DNA of 63,033 bases from Chiloscyllium plagiosum. Taxonomy: Eukaryota. Each line of letters opens with the position of its first letter. Position 1 is the first letter of the stretch. The notes beneath the pieces are model-generated. The model was not told the origin of the DNA. It did not search any database and saw only the letters and a list, made by a program, of their open reading frames with translations. Both the position numbers and the translations under genes were made by a program. The DNA is taken from NCBI RefSeq assembly GCF_004010195.1, contig NC_057735.1, positions 2,803,941 to 2,866,973 of the forward strand, read 5' to 3'. Shown in pieces: positions 12,201-27,200 of the stretch.

Positions 12201-15200
12201 TCAGACTGTCTATGGCTATACCTTCATGCTGAGCATGTACTGTGAAGCTGTCCTTTGGAAGCTGACCCATAATGTTAGTCAGAGAATGTTCCAGGGGATC
12301 TTCCTCTCCAAGGAATGTGTATGGGCAGTACTCTCGATTCCTTGAGTATATGTTTGCATTGTCGTAACAGTCTGAGCAGATCACTAATGGCCCAGAAGTA
12401 CCACCTGAAAACACAGATTTAGGGGTTAAAGGTAAATAATTTAAGCACCAATTCTCTGGTTGGCAGTTTTTCTTGGATTCTTAGTAAAACTAAAATATCT
12501 ACAATTTAATCTTAATAACCTCCTAGAACTACATTCAGAGTTGCTGCAGTGGCAAAAGCAGCTGTTATTTTGTACACAAGGTCTCTTGACTTTAAGTCTT
12601 TGATTAATACTTGAACCAGTACGGTTAAAATAAATTAGCCAAACCGATAGTGAAGTAAAACATGCGAGTCTTTGAAACAGACTAATTTTTCTGGGCTGCT
12701 GATTTTGGTTTTACTGTGCTGCAGTTTACACAGTCCAAATATGTATTACTTGGTTCGCCCAAACATGAACAGCAGCTGTAATACACACCTGGGTTGGTCT
12801 GCTGTGCTAGTCCTTCACGAGGCTCACTCGGGTGGAAGCTGCTTCGCCCTGCATAGAAACATCCCATTCTCCCATGCAGATTTGTACCAAGGGGAGTGGT
12901 CAGCAAATCAGCATCCGTCTCACTCCCAGTATCCACATAGCAAATACCTATTTGGGAAAAACAACAAGTTTGAAAGTACAAGTATGTTAGTACATCATTA
13001 AGAATACTGGAACAATAGAAATCCATCCACCTGGGGAAGTTCCCAAATGGGAAGGAAGATATCACTGAACATGTTGAACCAGCCTGCATCACCCCTGTTT
13101 ACTTCAAAATCCCACACTGGTAATTTATTCCACAACTTTATTAAGCTCTGTGTGAAGAAGGTACCCTTGTATGTCTAACTCCACTTTTACCTTTCTTCCT
13201 GTTTGAATCTATCAACTATAACCAGAACGCTGTGGCACTGAAGTCAAATCACCATCCCAACAAGCTAGGGCACAAATCAGAACAGCCAACTTTACTCACC
13301 ATCAGTTCCTTTATGTACGTAGCCATGGGCAGTGGAGGCCATCAGCTGTTGGTGGCTTCCGGCCTCAGAGTTGCTGTAGCCTTCCTGAGGCTCAGATAGC
13401 GTTCCTTGGGATGACAGATAACTTGGAATGTCAGCGGGCAAATTCATTTCATCTAGGAGGAACAGAGTAAGCTTGTTAAAACATTACACTGAGCAATAAT
13501 ATTTATACTTTAGGTCCATCTATTAAACTTGCACTTGAAGAGATCCTTTCTTTATACTAGGATAGTTAATTCACTGATAGAAAATAACATTGGTCTTATT
13601 TCAGTAAGTCACTAATTTACACAAAAGTGTAAGTCTCAGCAGATTCTTACTAAAGAGACTGAACTAATTTGGTATGTCATTTTTAAACAAGAGGCATTCC
13701 TTACAGGGTCAGCAAAGAGTACACTAACTGCTTTACATATCAAAGTGTATCACATAGCCAGAGATAGTGGTCCAGTTACAAGCTAAGCCTTTAAATCACT
13801 ACTGACAAGTTTGTCATCTATGAAATACAAACACCATCCTTCGACAGAAATACTCGATAATCCTCCATAGTGGAGGGGACCCTTGCTGATTGTTAATTGA
13901 ACATGACCATTCAATGCAGTCATGCAAATTATATTAGCACCAGACCTGCTTCACTAGATAAAGCAGACAAGGGATGGGTTGGAGACTCCATTTAAAGGAT
14001 GAGAACCAAAATTACATTTGTTATTGCTTTTTGTAGCCCTCGACACAGTTTCTGTAGTCATTCATTCCAAGAAATTATCATGTGGCCAGACTCTAACTTG
14101 AGTTAAGACCACCTGGAATCTATTAACACATCAAATATTGCCATCTGAGGAAAATTATATTCTACACTGTCTACGCACATAATAAAACCACATCTATGTT
14201 CTTTTTTTGTCATTGTGCACAAAAAGCAAGTGCAGACTTAAGTTCCAATTGGATAAAGCCAGGCACTACAGGAAAAAGAAAAACTACACAGTGGGGTTTC
14301 TGTATCCGGTGAGAAGAATAGTAGGTTAGCATCTTGGTGTAGATGCTTTGTTTCACTGAACCATACAGACTGTTCACATTCCAGTCTGAATACAGAGAGC
14401 ATTAGTCCACACAGACTTCACCGCAATGGTCTAAGTCAGCATTTACATTAGAGTACATATATAAACGTGCTGCAGCACTACCACTCTCAGGAGGCTGTAG
14501 TTACATTGTGAATATTTACATAGGTAACTTCAATTATAAATGCAGATGTAAGAACTTACAATAGAAATAAAAATGTCATGGTGTAGTACTTTATGGAGAC
14601 ATGAAAACAGTTTTAAACTTGTGTACCTGTATTTGTAATACTGTAATCTTCACTCTTCCGTCTCATGTGATAGATAACAATCACCCAGACCAGAGACGTG
14701 CCCACCACACAAACCACCACGACTATGATTACAATTCCAATTGTTGTCCAGCCGTCATCTCCAAAGACAGAAGTTTTCTGCATGGAGTCGCAGTTGGAAG
14801 TTGGAATCACATTCAGAAAAATGTGCCCTCGCTCTGTCCCAAGTGTGTTTGACATGACACAGGTATATTTCCCAATGTCCTCTGGGCCAGCATCCACAAT
14901 GATCAGAAGCTGGTTGGCAGCAGCAAAAAAGTGTCTCTCTGTTACTGTTAAAGGGCCATTGTCCTTGGTCCAATTCAGGCGTGGAGTGGGGCTACCACTA
15001 GCTATGCACTGTAAAACTGCAGTCTCTCCTCTCGCAACAGTCCGATTTTCCAATGGCCGCACAAATGAGGGGGTTTCTGGAGGGTAGAGGAAGAGAACAG
15101 AGGAATGAGATTAGTCCAGCCTGGTAGCAGTGTTAAGAACTTTGCGAACACCTCAGGTTCACATAATTCACAATGTTTATTGCCAACCAGAATAATGGCA

Positions 15201-18200
15201 TAAAAAGTTATACAGAGGAACCTCGGTTATCCAAATATCAGATTATCTGAAGGAAATCTCGAGGTCCCGATAGAAACATACATCAAAGATGCGTTTCCAA
15301 CACTGATCGCGTCTTTTGTTTACAGTCATTAAAAGTGAACTCCGCTTCCTGAAATGCAACAGAGAACAGTCCTGGACTGATGGGAGCCCAGGCACTGCCT
15401 CCAAATGACTGACCTCCTGCCCTCTCTCTCTCCCCCCACCACACATTTCCTGGAGTTGGACATAGGCATGTACCCTAAATCCCCCTTCCCCAGATAATCT
15501 CTGTAACATTGTCCTGTACAGGGCAAAGGAGGAACCTGTCAAAAAGTTGCAGTAAAAAGTTGTGTGTAGGGCTGTGGCTGCGTGTGTGTGTGAGACTCAC
15601 CCCTCCAAAAGGCAGCTGCAGTCTTGTTGTTGGTGGCCAGTCCGGCTGCCGGGAGAGGGGGCAGAGGCCGACGGGAGGGTGCATGGGGGTCAGGCGGGGC
15701 AATGTTGGATGGCAGATGGGGTGCAGTGTTGGAGGGCAGGGGGGGCGGGAACGGGGGCGTATGCTCACTAGCGGTGTGCTGCTGCCTTATCTCCCGAACA
15801 GGCACTGGACTTAACAGAAAACTCCCAGTCCCAGAGCAAAGGCATTTAGTCAATGAACTGAATAATCAATTAACTGAACAAAATAGTGCCCGCCCATCTC
15901 GTTTGGATAATCGAGATTCCTCTGTATATCCAAATTTGCTGATGACACAAAGCTATTTTATGAAATAAGAATACATCCCCTGTCATTTCAGTGAGTCAGA
16001 TATAGTAAATATTGGTCAAGGCTACAATAATCTAGCAAGCAGCCAAAATTCAACTAAATGTGTGCTTGTACTTGGAATTACTTTGCTCCTTTATCAATTT
16101 AGACACTAACTTTTTCAAGCAGCTGTAGCCTTTAAGTTAACAATATTTTTCATGAAAGCCAACCGCTCACCTAGGACAGTCAGTGTGGCATTTGCAGAAA
16201 TGCCCCCTGCTGTGTTTTGGGCCATACAGCTGTACATGCCCATGTCCTCCATCTTAACATTTGCAATGAAGAAGACATCATCCTCTGGCATGACATGCAT
16301 ACGCCGTTCCCGTGCTGCTGGAAAGTCTGTGCCGCCATCTTTCTGCCAAGCAATCTGTGGCATCGGGTGACCTCCTGCAGCACACTCCAGCCGTGCCATT
16401 GCACCCGTCCGGATTGTTAAATCCATAGGGGTTTTCATAAATGAGGGGAGTTCTAATAGGAACAAAACAAGCAGCAAACAATTATGTCAGCAACAAGAAA
16501 CTGTCATTAGTTTACCACAATATAGAAAATATCAAGACACCACGCAGGACCACATTCAAACAATATTTGACACTGAGGAACTAACTCAGATGACCAAAAG
16601 CTTACTCAAAGACATGGGTTTTAATAGGCTTTAAAAGAAGAATGATGGTTAGAGGTGTACTATAGTTTGGATGGAGAATTCCAGAGCTTTCCAGGTGGTT
16701 GGAGGCAAATATCTGTTTACTTTTTAATTTAAAGCTTACTGGGACAACAATCTTATCTATAACTTCTCTACTTGTTTATTCTCCAGTGGCATTGGGAATA
16801 GGAATCAAGTACAAACACGGGAGCCCAAGTGAAACCGAGAGTCGATACACCTGGATTCCAACAATTCAATAAAATGCATTGTTTTTAAAAATAATGAAAA
16901 CCTGCTTAATTGGTTGAATATTATCCAAGTTGAAGAAAACTATTGATCAATAATGTGCGTTTTGGGTCTGAGAGATCAGGTATCACATTATGCATTCCTC
17001 CAAACCATAAATGCATATCTATTTTTACTAAAAATTAATCCAAAAAGTAAAAGGGAACAGACTTTATACTATACAGTTGCAGGTACACAATAGCCCCAAT
17101 GACCATATAATTTTATGTTAATTCATTGGGCATTCAGTTTAGCATCTTGTTTTTGACCTATTACAAGTATACATTTTGTGAATGTACTAATGGATACATC
17201 ACTAGTAGAGCCATGGTCTTTAATTCACTCAGCAGCTCATTAATACCTATACATTGGTGTTTCATCAAAGATGGAATAAGAAGGCTGGGTAGTAAATCTA
17301 CAACTTTTTATACTCACTCTTTTCTGGAAGGAAGAGTAACATGAAAGCAAGGGACAGTTTTAAAGGTAAACAAAATGAAACTGAGAAAGTTTTCATGTCT
17401 GTTTTCATGTCTTTAGGATTAAGATAAAAAAAGTTTAAATGCGGAGAGATGAGAATTAAACTGGGGAATTAGTGAAAATGAAAATATGCCTTAAAATGTG
17501 GAGAAAGTGTAAATATAAAATTGGGCATAACTGAGTTTTTCCAAACTGTTTAAAACATAATAAATTGATAGTACAGCTACAAATTATTTAATAAGACTGA
17601 CAGACCTGATTTCCAGCAGGAACTTGAGCTTCGGTTAGATTCAGTGGTTGAATGAATAAAATTTGCATTATTGCTTTTGGATATGTCTATTCTCATATAA
17701 GGTTATGGAGCAAAATGCAAATAGTTGAACAGCCTGCAAACAAATCAACATACCATTCACCGTTAGCTTTGCTTTGTTAGAGTAATTGGAGCCAAAGTAA
17801 TTTGTGATGACACACTGGTACCACCCCTCGTCTGTGAAATTGACGTTCCGCAGTTGCAGTATGGTGGTGTATTCGACGAATTCACCATCCTGTTCTTGCA
17901 AGCTAGAATAGTTTTGGATTTCAGCTTCGTATAATAATTCACTGTCCTTTCTCCACGCAGCAGCCATGGGTGAGTCACTGCTGCTGCAAGCTGTGCAACT
18001 AAAGCTGACATTCATTCCTCTCAATGCCACAGTGGTTTCAGGATGGACAGTGATCAATGGCCGAGGGAAAGCATCTGCAGAGTGAAAAAATGCAACACTA
18101 AAATTTTAGGCAACAGTACAAAATAAAAACTGAGTTTGCACCTGTTTATGTTTCACACAACTTGACTCTTCGGAAAAAATGAGGACTGCAGATGGTGAGG

Positions 18201-21200
18201 TCAGAGACGAGAGTGTGGTGCTGGAAAAGCACAGCCAGCCAGGCAGCATCAGAGAAGCAGGAGAATCGACATTTCGGGCATAAGCTCTTCATCCTTACGC
18301 CCAAAATGTCGATTTTCCTGCTCCTCGAATGCTGCCTGACCTGTATTTTTCCAGCACCACACTCTTGACACTTGACTCTTTACTGTCAACCAAAGTCTGT
18401 CTGCTGATAGTAATGTGAAGTCACTTTCAAACATTCCAATTAGACAAATACAGGCAGATAAACAGAACAAGTGGGTATTCAGCACCAAATGATTTGCAAT
18501 ATCTGATCATACGAATTCAGCAAATTCAAACCACAGAATGTATAAGTAAATTCATCTCACATATCATCTTTGTCCAACTCTCTTAATTTGGGGCACATTG
18601 TTAGAACTGCTGCCTCAACTTCAGGGACCCAGGCTTGATGCCAGCCTTGGGCGACTGTCTGCGTGGAGTCTGCACATTCTCCTCACGTCTGCGTAAGTTT
18701 CCTCCGTGTGATAGTGTCCAAAAGTGTGAAAGCTAGATAGATTATCCATGGTAAATGCAGGGGGTTCCTGGGTGGGATGCTTTTCGGAGGCTCAGTGCAG
18801 ACTTGATGGGCAGAATGGCCTCTATCTGTACTGTAGAAACTTTATGATTCTATGATTTAATAAATCCTCTTCCCCATTTGCTGCTCTACATTTTCATGAT
18901 CTTGGGATAATTGTGACCTAGTTATATCTCTATCAGCCTTAAATTGCTTTTATTCTGAAACATTATGTTGTCTAAAGACATTATGTCTTCAAAGTAATTT
19001 TATTTGTAAAACCTTCTCAACAAGCAAAACACGTCCTTTTAGAAAACCGTATTCGGTCCATCAGGAATTAGTTGATCCCAGGCAAATCAAGAACAGTCAC
19101 AAGTCTTTAGGTAAAGCAGAGTTCGAAACCATGGATAATTAGGCAAAAGTGATGACTGCAGATGCTGGAAACCAGAATGGTGCTGGAAAAGCACAGCAGG
19201 TCAGGCAGCATCTGAGGAGCAGGAAAAATCGACATTTCAGGCAAAAGCCCTTCATCAGGAATGAAGGCAGGGAGCCTCCAGGGTGGAGAGATAAATGGGA
19301 GGTGGTGGGGCTGGGGAGAAGGTAGCAAAGAGTACAATAGGTGGATGGGGGTGGGGATGAAGGTGATAGGTCAGAGGGGAGGGTGGAGTCGATAGGTGGT
19401 TAGGACCATGGGTAATTAGGCAAGGGTGTACAAAATGTGGCTCAGTTACATTCTCCCCTTTTATGTTTTCAACCCTAAAAAACATCTTTATTAACTTGTC
19501 ATTAGTGTAGTCATATTGCCCCCAATAGTTGAAAGGTTGCACTTACAAGTTTACACAGACAGCTTCCTTTATAAATGGGCACAAGAGAATTGAAGGAAAA
19601 AGTTGACAGGAACTGTGTAAATCTCAGTATTTGATACGTAATCTGGATGGATATTAGCTAAATTATTACAAATAAAGTCAGAGCACAGATATCAGTTTGA
19701 CCTGTTGACCAATTACATCCTATGCATGCAAATACGAAGCATATTTCCCGAGTTCATTCGGCATGCAAAAATTGTTCTGCTTTACTTTTCCTCAGGCACA
19801 TCAACATTATCCAAGCTTCGTCAGTTGGATATGACTGGGTAATGAATAACTCAAGCCATTAAAAAATTAGGTGGGTGAGCTACAACTAGTACTTGAACCG
19901 CTGTGGAATGGCTGGACCCTGATGCCAGGTGAAAGGTCCCAACAAGGGAAAGCTCAGTCCAAATGGAGTTTGGGTCTTCAAAAGGAATGACTTGAGCACC
20001 GTCAAATGAAAAGTGCGAAGTGTACATTGAAACAAGACACACAGCAGTATAATTTTCAACACATTCATCTGGGCTGCTGTGTGAACAGCTTACTTGTAAA
20101 ACAAAATGCTGATACATAAAACATGTTCCAAGTGGCATCTAAGCAAATTTAATATAAATGCCAAATAGTTAATAAGACATACAAAACATGCCAAGTAGAG
20201 GAGACCAGAAACATGAGGGTGAGACGAGGCCATTTAGCTCGTGTCTGCACTATTCAAATGGATCATGAGAGATCTGTATCCTAATGTCACTGCTTTGGGT
20301 TCATACCCCACATTATGCACAAAACTAATCTCACTTTTGCCATTTTGCAGTGAACTCCTGCATCAGCTTTTTTGGTGAAGAGGATTACAAATTTTCACTT
20401 ACCCTTACACTAAAAGATACTTAGAACATAAATCTTGAACAACTTAGCTCTACTTTCAAGATCATGCCACTTTTATTCTGGACTTTCCAATTCCCACAAA
20501 AGAAAATAGGTCGTACTTATTCCTTTAATGATCTCAAAACTTCAGTTAGAAGACCCTTAATTTTCTACACTAAAAAGGAATGGAAGACTAATCTGTGCAA
20601 CCAGTCTTCATGCCTTAATGTACAATATCATCGTCAGTTAACTGTAGGAACACAGAAGTTTGCAGAAGAGATTCTGTTGAGAACATATGAAATTTCCAAT
20701 ACTGAATGTAATATGATCCTGATAACAGCTCCGCCAAGTCAGGGAATAAATATACACATTGATTAGATTTAACTTACAAGAGCACAGATTGGTACAGTTC
20801 AGAATGAGGGCATTCAACCAGTGCTTGCACCAGTTCTTCAAAGAGCATTATGACTTTGAACCACCCATTTACCTTTTCCCCATATACATTATTTCTATTT
20901 AAATAATCCTTCAATGCCCTCGAGTGCCTCAATTTTACCAGCCTCCACCACACTTCCACCCACTGCATTCCATGTCTGAACAAATTTTTGTATAAAGTAC
21001 TTTTTTCCCCTCTCATATTACATTTGCTATGTTTATAAATGCATTAAATCTGTACCATCACATTCTTGATCCTTTTATGAGTGGGAACAGTTTTGCCCCA
21101 TCTACAGATTTCCCATGATTTTGAAAACTTTATTTTCTCTCTTCTTAGCTTTCTTCTCTTCAAGTAGAACAGTCCCAATCTATCCTCATAACTGAACTTT

Positions 21201-24200
21201 TGCATCCTTGGAGCAATTTTTTCTAAATTTCTTCTGCACTCTCTTCAATGCATTCATATTCTTCCTACAGCGCCATGACCAGAATTGTACACAATACTCG
21301 AGGGAATGTCTAACAAGTTCAGCATAACCTCTTTGCTCTTGTACTCTAGGCATTTTATTTACAGTTTAGGATTGTGCATTTCATTCAACTACTATCTACC
21401 TGTCCTGCCACCAGTGATCATTGCACAGGTTTGTCTACTCCAGCACCCTCAAGTATCGTTACTCTTATTTTCAACTGTCTATGTTCATCCTATCTAGATG
21501 CATAACCTTAGACTTCTCTGCATTGAATTTTAACTGCCATCTTTCAGTCCATTCCAACAACTTGCTTATGTCCTCTTGGAATTATTCACCGCCTTCTTCC
21601 GTTTATGCTGCCTCCAAATTTTGCATCATCCTCAAGACCTGAAGTTGTCCCCTGCATACCAAGTTCTAGATCATTCAAATATACCAGGAAAAAGATTTCA
21701 GCACTAACCCCAGAGACATTCACTACAAAGGGTGGCACAGTGGTTAGCACTGCTGCCTCACAGTGCCAGGGACCCGGGTTTGATTCCCACCTTGGGCGAC
21801 TGTGTGGGGAATTTGCACATTCTCCCAGTGTCTGCGTTGGCTTCCTCCCGGTGCTCCGGTTTCCTCCCACAATCCAAAGATGTGCTGGTCAGGTGAAACG
21901 GCCATGCTAAATTGCCCATAGTGTTAGGTAGTCAGGTGTAAATGTAGGGGAATGGGGCTAGGTGGATGACTCTTCAGAGGGTTGGTGTGGATTGTTGGGT
22001 TGAAGGGCCTGTTTCCACACTGTAGGGAATCTAATCTAAAAAAACCTTTTGTCAGCCTGAAAACTATCCATTCACCTATAGCCTGTTTCTATTACATGGC
22101 CAATTTTGTACCCAGGTTGCTACTACCCATTTTATTCTACGAGCTGTAGTTTTAATGTAGTTTTAAGAATAAACGAGATAATGTCAATATGTTTCCCATA
22201 CTTAGTTAATTCAAACAAACAGCTGACGTCTAATGTCTTTTATTTTCAATCCAATGTCTGTAACAAGTTACATCATAAGCACCAGCAGTTATTCAGCTCA
22301 ATTTGCACCTTCCAATTATTGACACATTCATTTAACTTTGCAGATTCAGCAAAGAGTAAGAGAAAACTAGATCACAAAACAAGCTGAGGCAGACAGGCAC
22401 TTGCTAGGACTTTGAGCTATGAATTAAGCCATAATAAACATGAATTATACAAACCACAAATGTAGTCCTCTGCATCAACATTAAAGATGCTTTTCCCTGC
22501 CAGCCATACAGGGTGAGCACAGTTGGCAGTGACCATGTGCTGAAACTGTTTTTCCACCAGAAATGGAGGCAGCCACTTCAGCTGACAGTCACACAGAAGA
22601 CTGGACGTGTTCAGGCCCCTGCAGAGAGCAAATAAAAATATACATCCTTCAGAAATGTGTAACAGTGAAGAGTTGGATGCGAGGCAGTGAATTACAGGAG
22701 GCTTTTGAGAAAATAACTAACTCATCACAAGGTGACGAGAAAGTGGTTTTGTGACAGAGGAATAATTGTTGTCAGGGCTTGGACTGCATTTAATTTAGAC
22801 ATTACTCTTCAACAAAGAGGGGACTGAACCCAAGATAAGTGGCACAACATGTGATGTTATGCATATGTATGACAGTAACTGGCAATTTAGTAGTAGATAA
22901 GTGATAAGCACACTGCACAGCATTAGCAATGCTCTAACAGGAGCATTTTGTTTATGGATTGAAAACAAAAGGACCCTCCCAGCAATATCACTGACAGCAG
23001 ACTGCAATCCTCTTTTTAAATTAGTCTTCATATTGGCACAGGGTAAACTGCAAAAAGAACATTGTTTATAGCCAAGTCCTCAATGCATCAAGGCGGTGTT
23101 AGTCAATTTGAATAATACATTTTTGAGTGAGCATGTGTCCAACACTTGTACTAATAACAACAAACAACAGACTTGTGTAACAAAACACAAGCTGCTTCCC
23201 ATTAATTTATTTTGTTGCATACAAGATACCTACGGATATCAAATCAAGGCAGGAAAACAGAGTGAGGATACAGAAACGGATTTCAATGAAAGCAGCAAAA
23301 TTGGCTCAAGTGGTGGAACTCACCAGCAAGTCACTCAGGTCAACCCACTTGTGGCAACCTATTGCTAAAATTGCTGGCGCCTTGAAATAATAGGTCTATT
23401 TAATGGAGGCCTTAATCCTCTTAAAATAAGTGGATTAATTAAGGACATTTAAGCATTCTTAAGCTCAAATCCCATTAACAAAACTCAAAAACCAGAATTT
23501 GCTCATCCCCCGAAACAGAGAAGCCAACCTCAGTTGACATTTTAACCAGCAAGTTCGATTCCAAGGCTGTCTTTCTTAAAATACAGCTTGGCAATTATAG
23601 GGTTTGCATTACTTGTGTAATATGTTGCCCTCTTCCATCACCTGCTCACCCCAACTCAGCCACCTTTACTACTGAACCTTAAGACAGCAATTATTCCAAA
23701 TGAACCTCAGCATGTGGTGAACTGCATAAGGAAGCAAAAGCAACCCCTTTTATTTAGCCACTCAACATTTCTCATTAAACCACTCACCACTCAAACACTT
23801 GCTAAAAGTCATCCAACTTACTGACATTACTCCTGATTTTGGATATGTACAAAGACCACCTGCCTTCCTAACTTCCCTCTTCGCCCCACTCCCAAACCCA
23901 ACAACTCTCAAATAATGAGCAGGCATCATTCAGGATTCAGTGGAGAAGGCTATACACAAGAACGAGGAATGCATTCATCCAAAAAAAGGCTTTCTAATTA
24001 AATTACTTCATGCTGTACTGATTGATTTAATAGAATCTTTTAAATACTCACAGTTCTTTCAAGCTCATTTGGGCAAAAGAATTTTCTTGAATAGACATGA
24101 TGGCATTGTTGCTCAAATCTCTAAAAGAGAGATAAAGTAAACTTGCTTAAAAACTAGAAGTTGAAAGGAATACCAGAGTTTTAACATATCAAAGCACTTC

Positions 24201-27200
24201 ACACACAATGGCTCATTTTTAAAGTGCAGTGACTTATACACAAAAGGTCAGCAACCATTTCACATACAGCAAGAAATCTTAAAAAAAAACTGATGAGCTG
24301 AAGGACTAGTTAATATTTGGTTTCTGGTGGCTTAGGGGAATGGGGTTTGACCAGAACACACAGAGAATTTCCACCTCCTCTTGAAATAGTGCTTGTTGAG
24401 TCAGTTCATCGAACTGGTGAACATTTAATCAGGATGATTACATGTGTGACCTATTCACTTAATTGCAAAATATCTTTAAATTATTTTCTGGTGCCAATCT
24501 TGTACCGCATCTTAAAGGGGATGAGAATGCAAGGTGTAGTACCTTCTCAATTGCTGTGTGGGGCAACTTAAAGTGGGCAACGATGATTAAACAATGGTCA
24601 CTGCTTAAACTCAAAAGGTATTAACATTTTCTGACAAAATCGGATCCGCATCTAAATTCTCATGTTCTGCCTCCTGGTCAATAAGCAGTGACATATCAGT
24701 GTCATTCTGCCTTAACAACTGGCACACCATAGGATCTAGGCTGCAACCATGAGGAGTTAAAACCTGGCACAGAAATCTTTCATCCACAGAATTATTTGAC
24801 AAAGGGCAAAGAGAAATGGAAACTCCCAGGACTAATTTATCATCTAATATAAATGCAGAAGAACATGCTTTTAAATTTTATTTTGGTGACGTGACTATAT
24901 AACGGAGGACTATTTTGAAGTGGATACTCACAGGTATTCAAGTGTTTCCAGCCCAGAAAATGCTTTCTTTGTGATGGATGTTATTTTGCTGCCCTGCAGG
25001 ATTCTACAAAGAATGAAACAGTAATTATCAAATCATACTCCTTGGATTAGTACCATTACAAAAGAGAAGGTTTCTAGATATTCTCCCACACTAACTGCTC
25101 TTTATTGTTCTTGTAACTTTGGTTCTGAAGTTCCCTATGCAGTTTGTGCCATTACGCATGCATTCCTGAGTACGTATGCAGAAGAAGACAACCAAGATAG
25201 TGGGTCTAACAAAAACATTGGAAACTGCATCTTGGATTTACAGAAAATCAGCTCTTGTAGCCAAATACAGCTGGTACCAAATAGGCTTTTTGAGAAAAAG
25301 ACAAGCACTGAACATACTGTCAGTTTTTCACTAAGAACAAACCTGAGCAAAAGATCAAGTCTAGGGCAGAGCAATAATGTGTAGACCACAAATGGCTTTA
25401 ACATCCCTAGATTAGGTGCGAAAAGCAAGAAAATAAAAATTCTTCAAGATTCTCATCCATGATCTCAGCAGTGAGCCAGCTATAAAGTATACATTTACAG
25501 ATTTTGGTCAAAGGGGAACTTCATATCCAACTGTTTCGCCTCCACAGTCAGAAGTTAACCAAACTAATGCATTAACTGGGCCGACATGACACCAATTGTT
25601 AAAGTTCACTTGAGAATGTAACATTAAGAAAGTTCTTCAATTTACATACGAAAGAAATGAAACCAACATGTTCATTCTAAAAGGTGAGAGACTTAAACAA
25701 TCCCAGTCTTTTTCAATATATAATTTCAGTTACAGCACACTGTAAAGTTTTGATATAAATTCTGTGTCTTACGATCTTATACTCCACAACCACCTGACGA
25801 AGGAGCAGTGCTCCAAAAGCTAGTGCTTCTAAATAAACCTGTTGGACTATAACTTGGTGTTGTATGATTTTTAAACTAATTAAGTGTCTCAAGGTGCTTC
25901 AGAGGAGCACTGCAAAACAACATATGATACTGTGCAGTAGGTAGGTAATATAAACTCTCTTAAAGGAGACAAGCAAGGTTACAGCTCAGAGGTGTAGGGT
26001 GGTGATTCTATAAGTTGGAACCGAAGCAGTCAATGATAGAGCAATTACGAGTGGGACGCACAAGAGGCCAGAATTAGAGAAGCACAGAAACTGCGGAGGG
26101 TTGTGGGTCTGGAGGAGATTTCAGAGATAAGTAGCAGCAAGATGATGGTGGGTATTTGAAAACACAAATAAAGCCCACTCACACCACAGCCTATATTTAA
26201 CTTCAGGAATTCGGACCTTGTCATCTTTAAAAGACCACATTATACATAGTTTCACATTAGTAGCAGCAAAAAACACAAGTTAGATGGATATAGTTTTTGT
26301 CCTTCTAAAGTTATGCGCCACTTAGCTTAACATGAGCAATCGGGGAATAGGTTACTGCAGCCATGGATTTGAAAGGGTGGCAACTAAGTAGGCAAGTTTA
26401 TGCCTGATATCAGTGGTGGAGAAGCTGCTGAAGATAGGGAGACAGGATTTATTCACACTTGGAAGCGAATGGAGTTGTTAGTTATAGGCTGCATGGGTTT
26501 GTGTGGGGAAGGTCATGCCTCACCAACTGGATTGAGTTTTTTGAGGAGGTGACAAGAAAGATTGATGAGGGAAGGGCAGTAGAAGTTGTCCACCGAAACT
26601 TTAGTAAGGCACTTGATAAGGTACCTCATGGCAGGCTGGTATAAAAAGTAAAGTCTCATGTGACTCGGGGTATGCTGGCTAGATGGATGCAGAATTGGCT
26701 TAGTCATAGAATAAAGAGAGAGTAGCAGTGGAAGGGTGCTTTTCAGAATGGAGATCAGTAACCAGCAGTGTTCCACAGGGATCAGTGCTTAAACATTTAT
26801 TGTTTGTAATATATATATAAATGATCTGGAGGAAAATGTAGGTGGCCTGATTTGTAAGTTTGTGGATGACACCAAAATTGGCAGAGTTGCAGATAGTGAG
26901 AAGGACTGTCAAAGGAAACAATGGATATAGATAGATTGCAGATTTGGGCAGAGAAATGGCAGGTGGAGTTTAATTCAGACAAAGGTGGAAGGCGGGAAAA
27001 AAACGTGGCTGCAAGAGCTGATCCTTTTTTGAGGTATTTTACGTGTTGGAGCAGATTTCCTCAAATTCTAGGAGCAGTAATTATTGTTTTATAAGCTGTT
27101 GCATTATTTTGGAACTTTGGGGAAAAATATCAAAAGAACATCACTTTAAAGAGGAGGAACAGAGATAAAGACAGTGACTACATGGGAAGTGAATCAAATG

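Noticed and set aside
14601-15087. Plus-strand ORFs overlapping exon 15 (also 16152-16420)
   Set aside because: Antisense shadows of real LRIG2 coding exons.
15243-15968. Cluster of overlapping ORFs in several frames
   Set aside because: Caused by the GC-rich MITE interior; no transposase motifs.
16115-16170. Intron read-through after Ig2 (and after Ig1 at 17668-17753) as a soluble-ectodomain isoform
   Set aside because: Short open tails past donors are expected by chance; no close polyA signal or other support.
22449-22454. Non-consensus donor GTTTGT as possible minor-class intron
   Set aside because: Lacks the U12 GTATCCTT signature; just a weak U2 donor.
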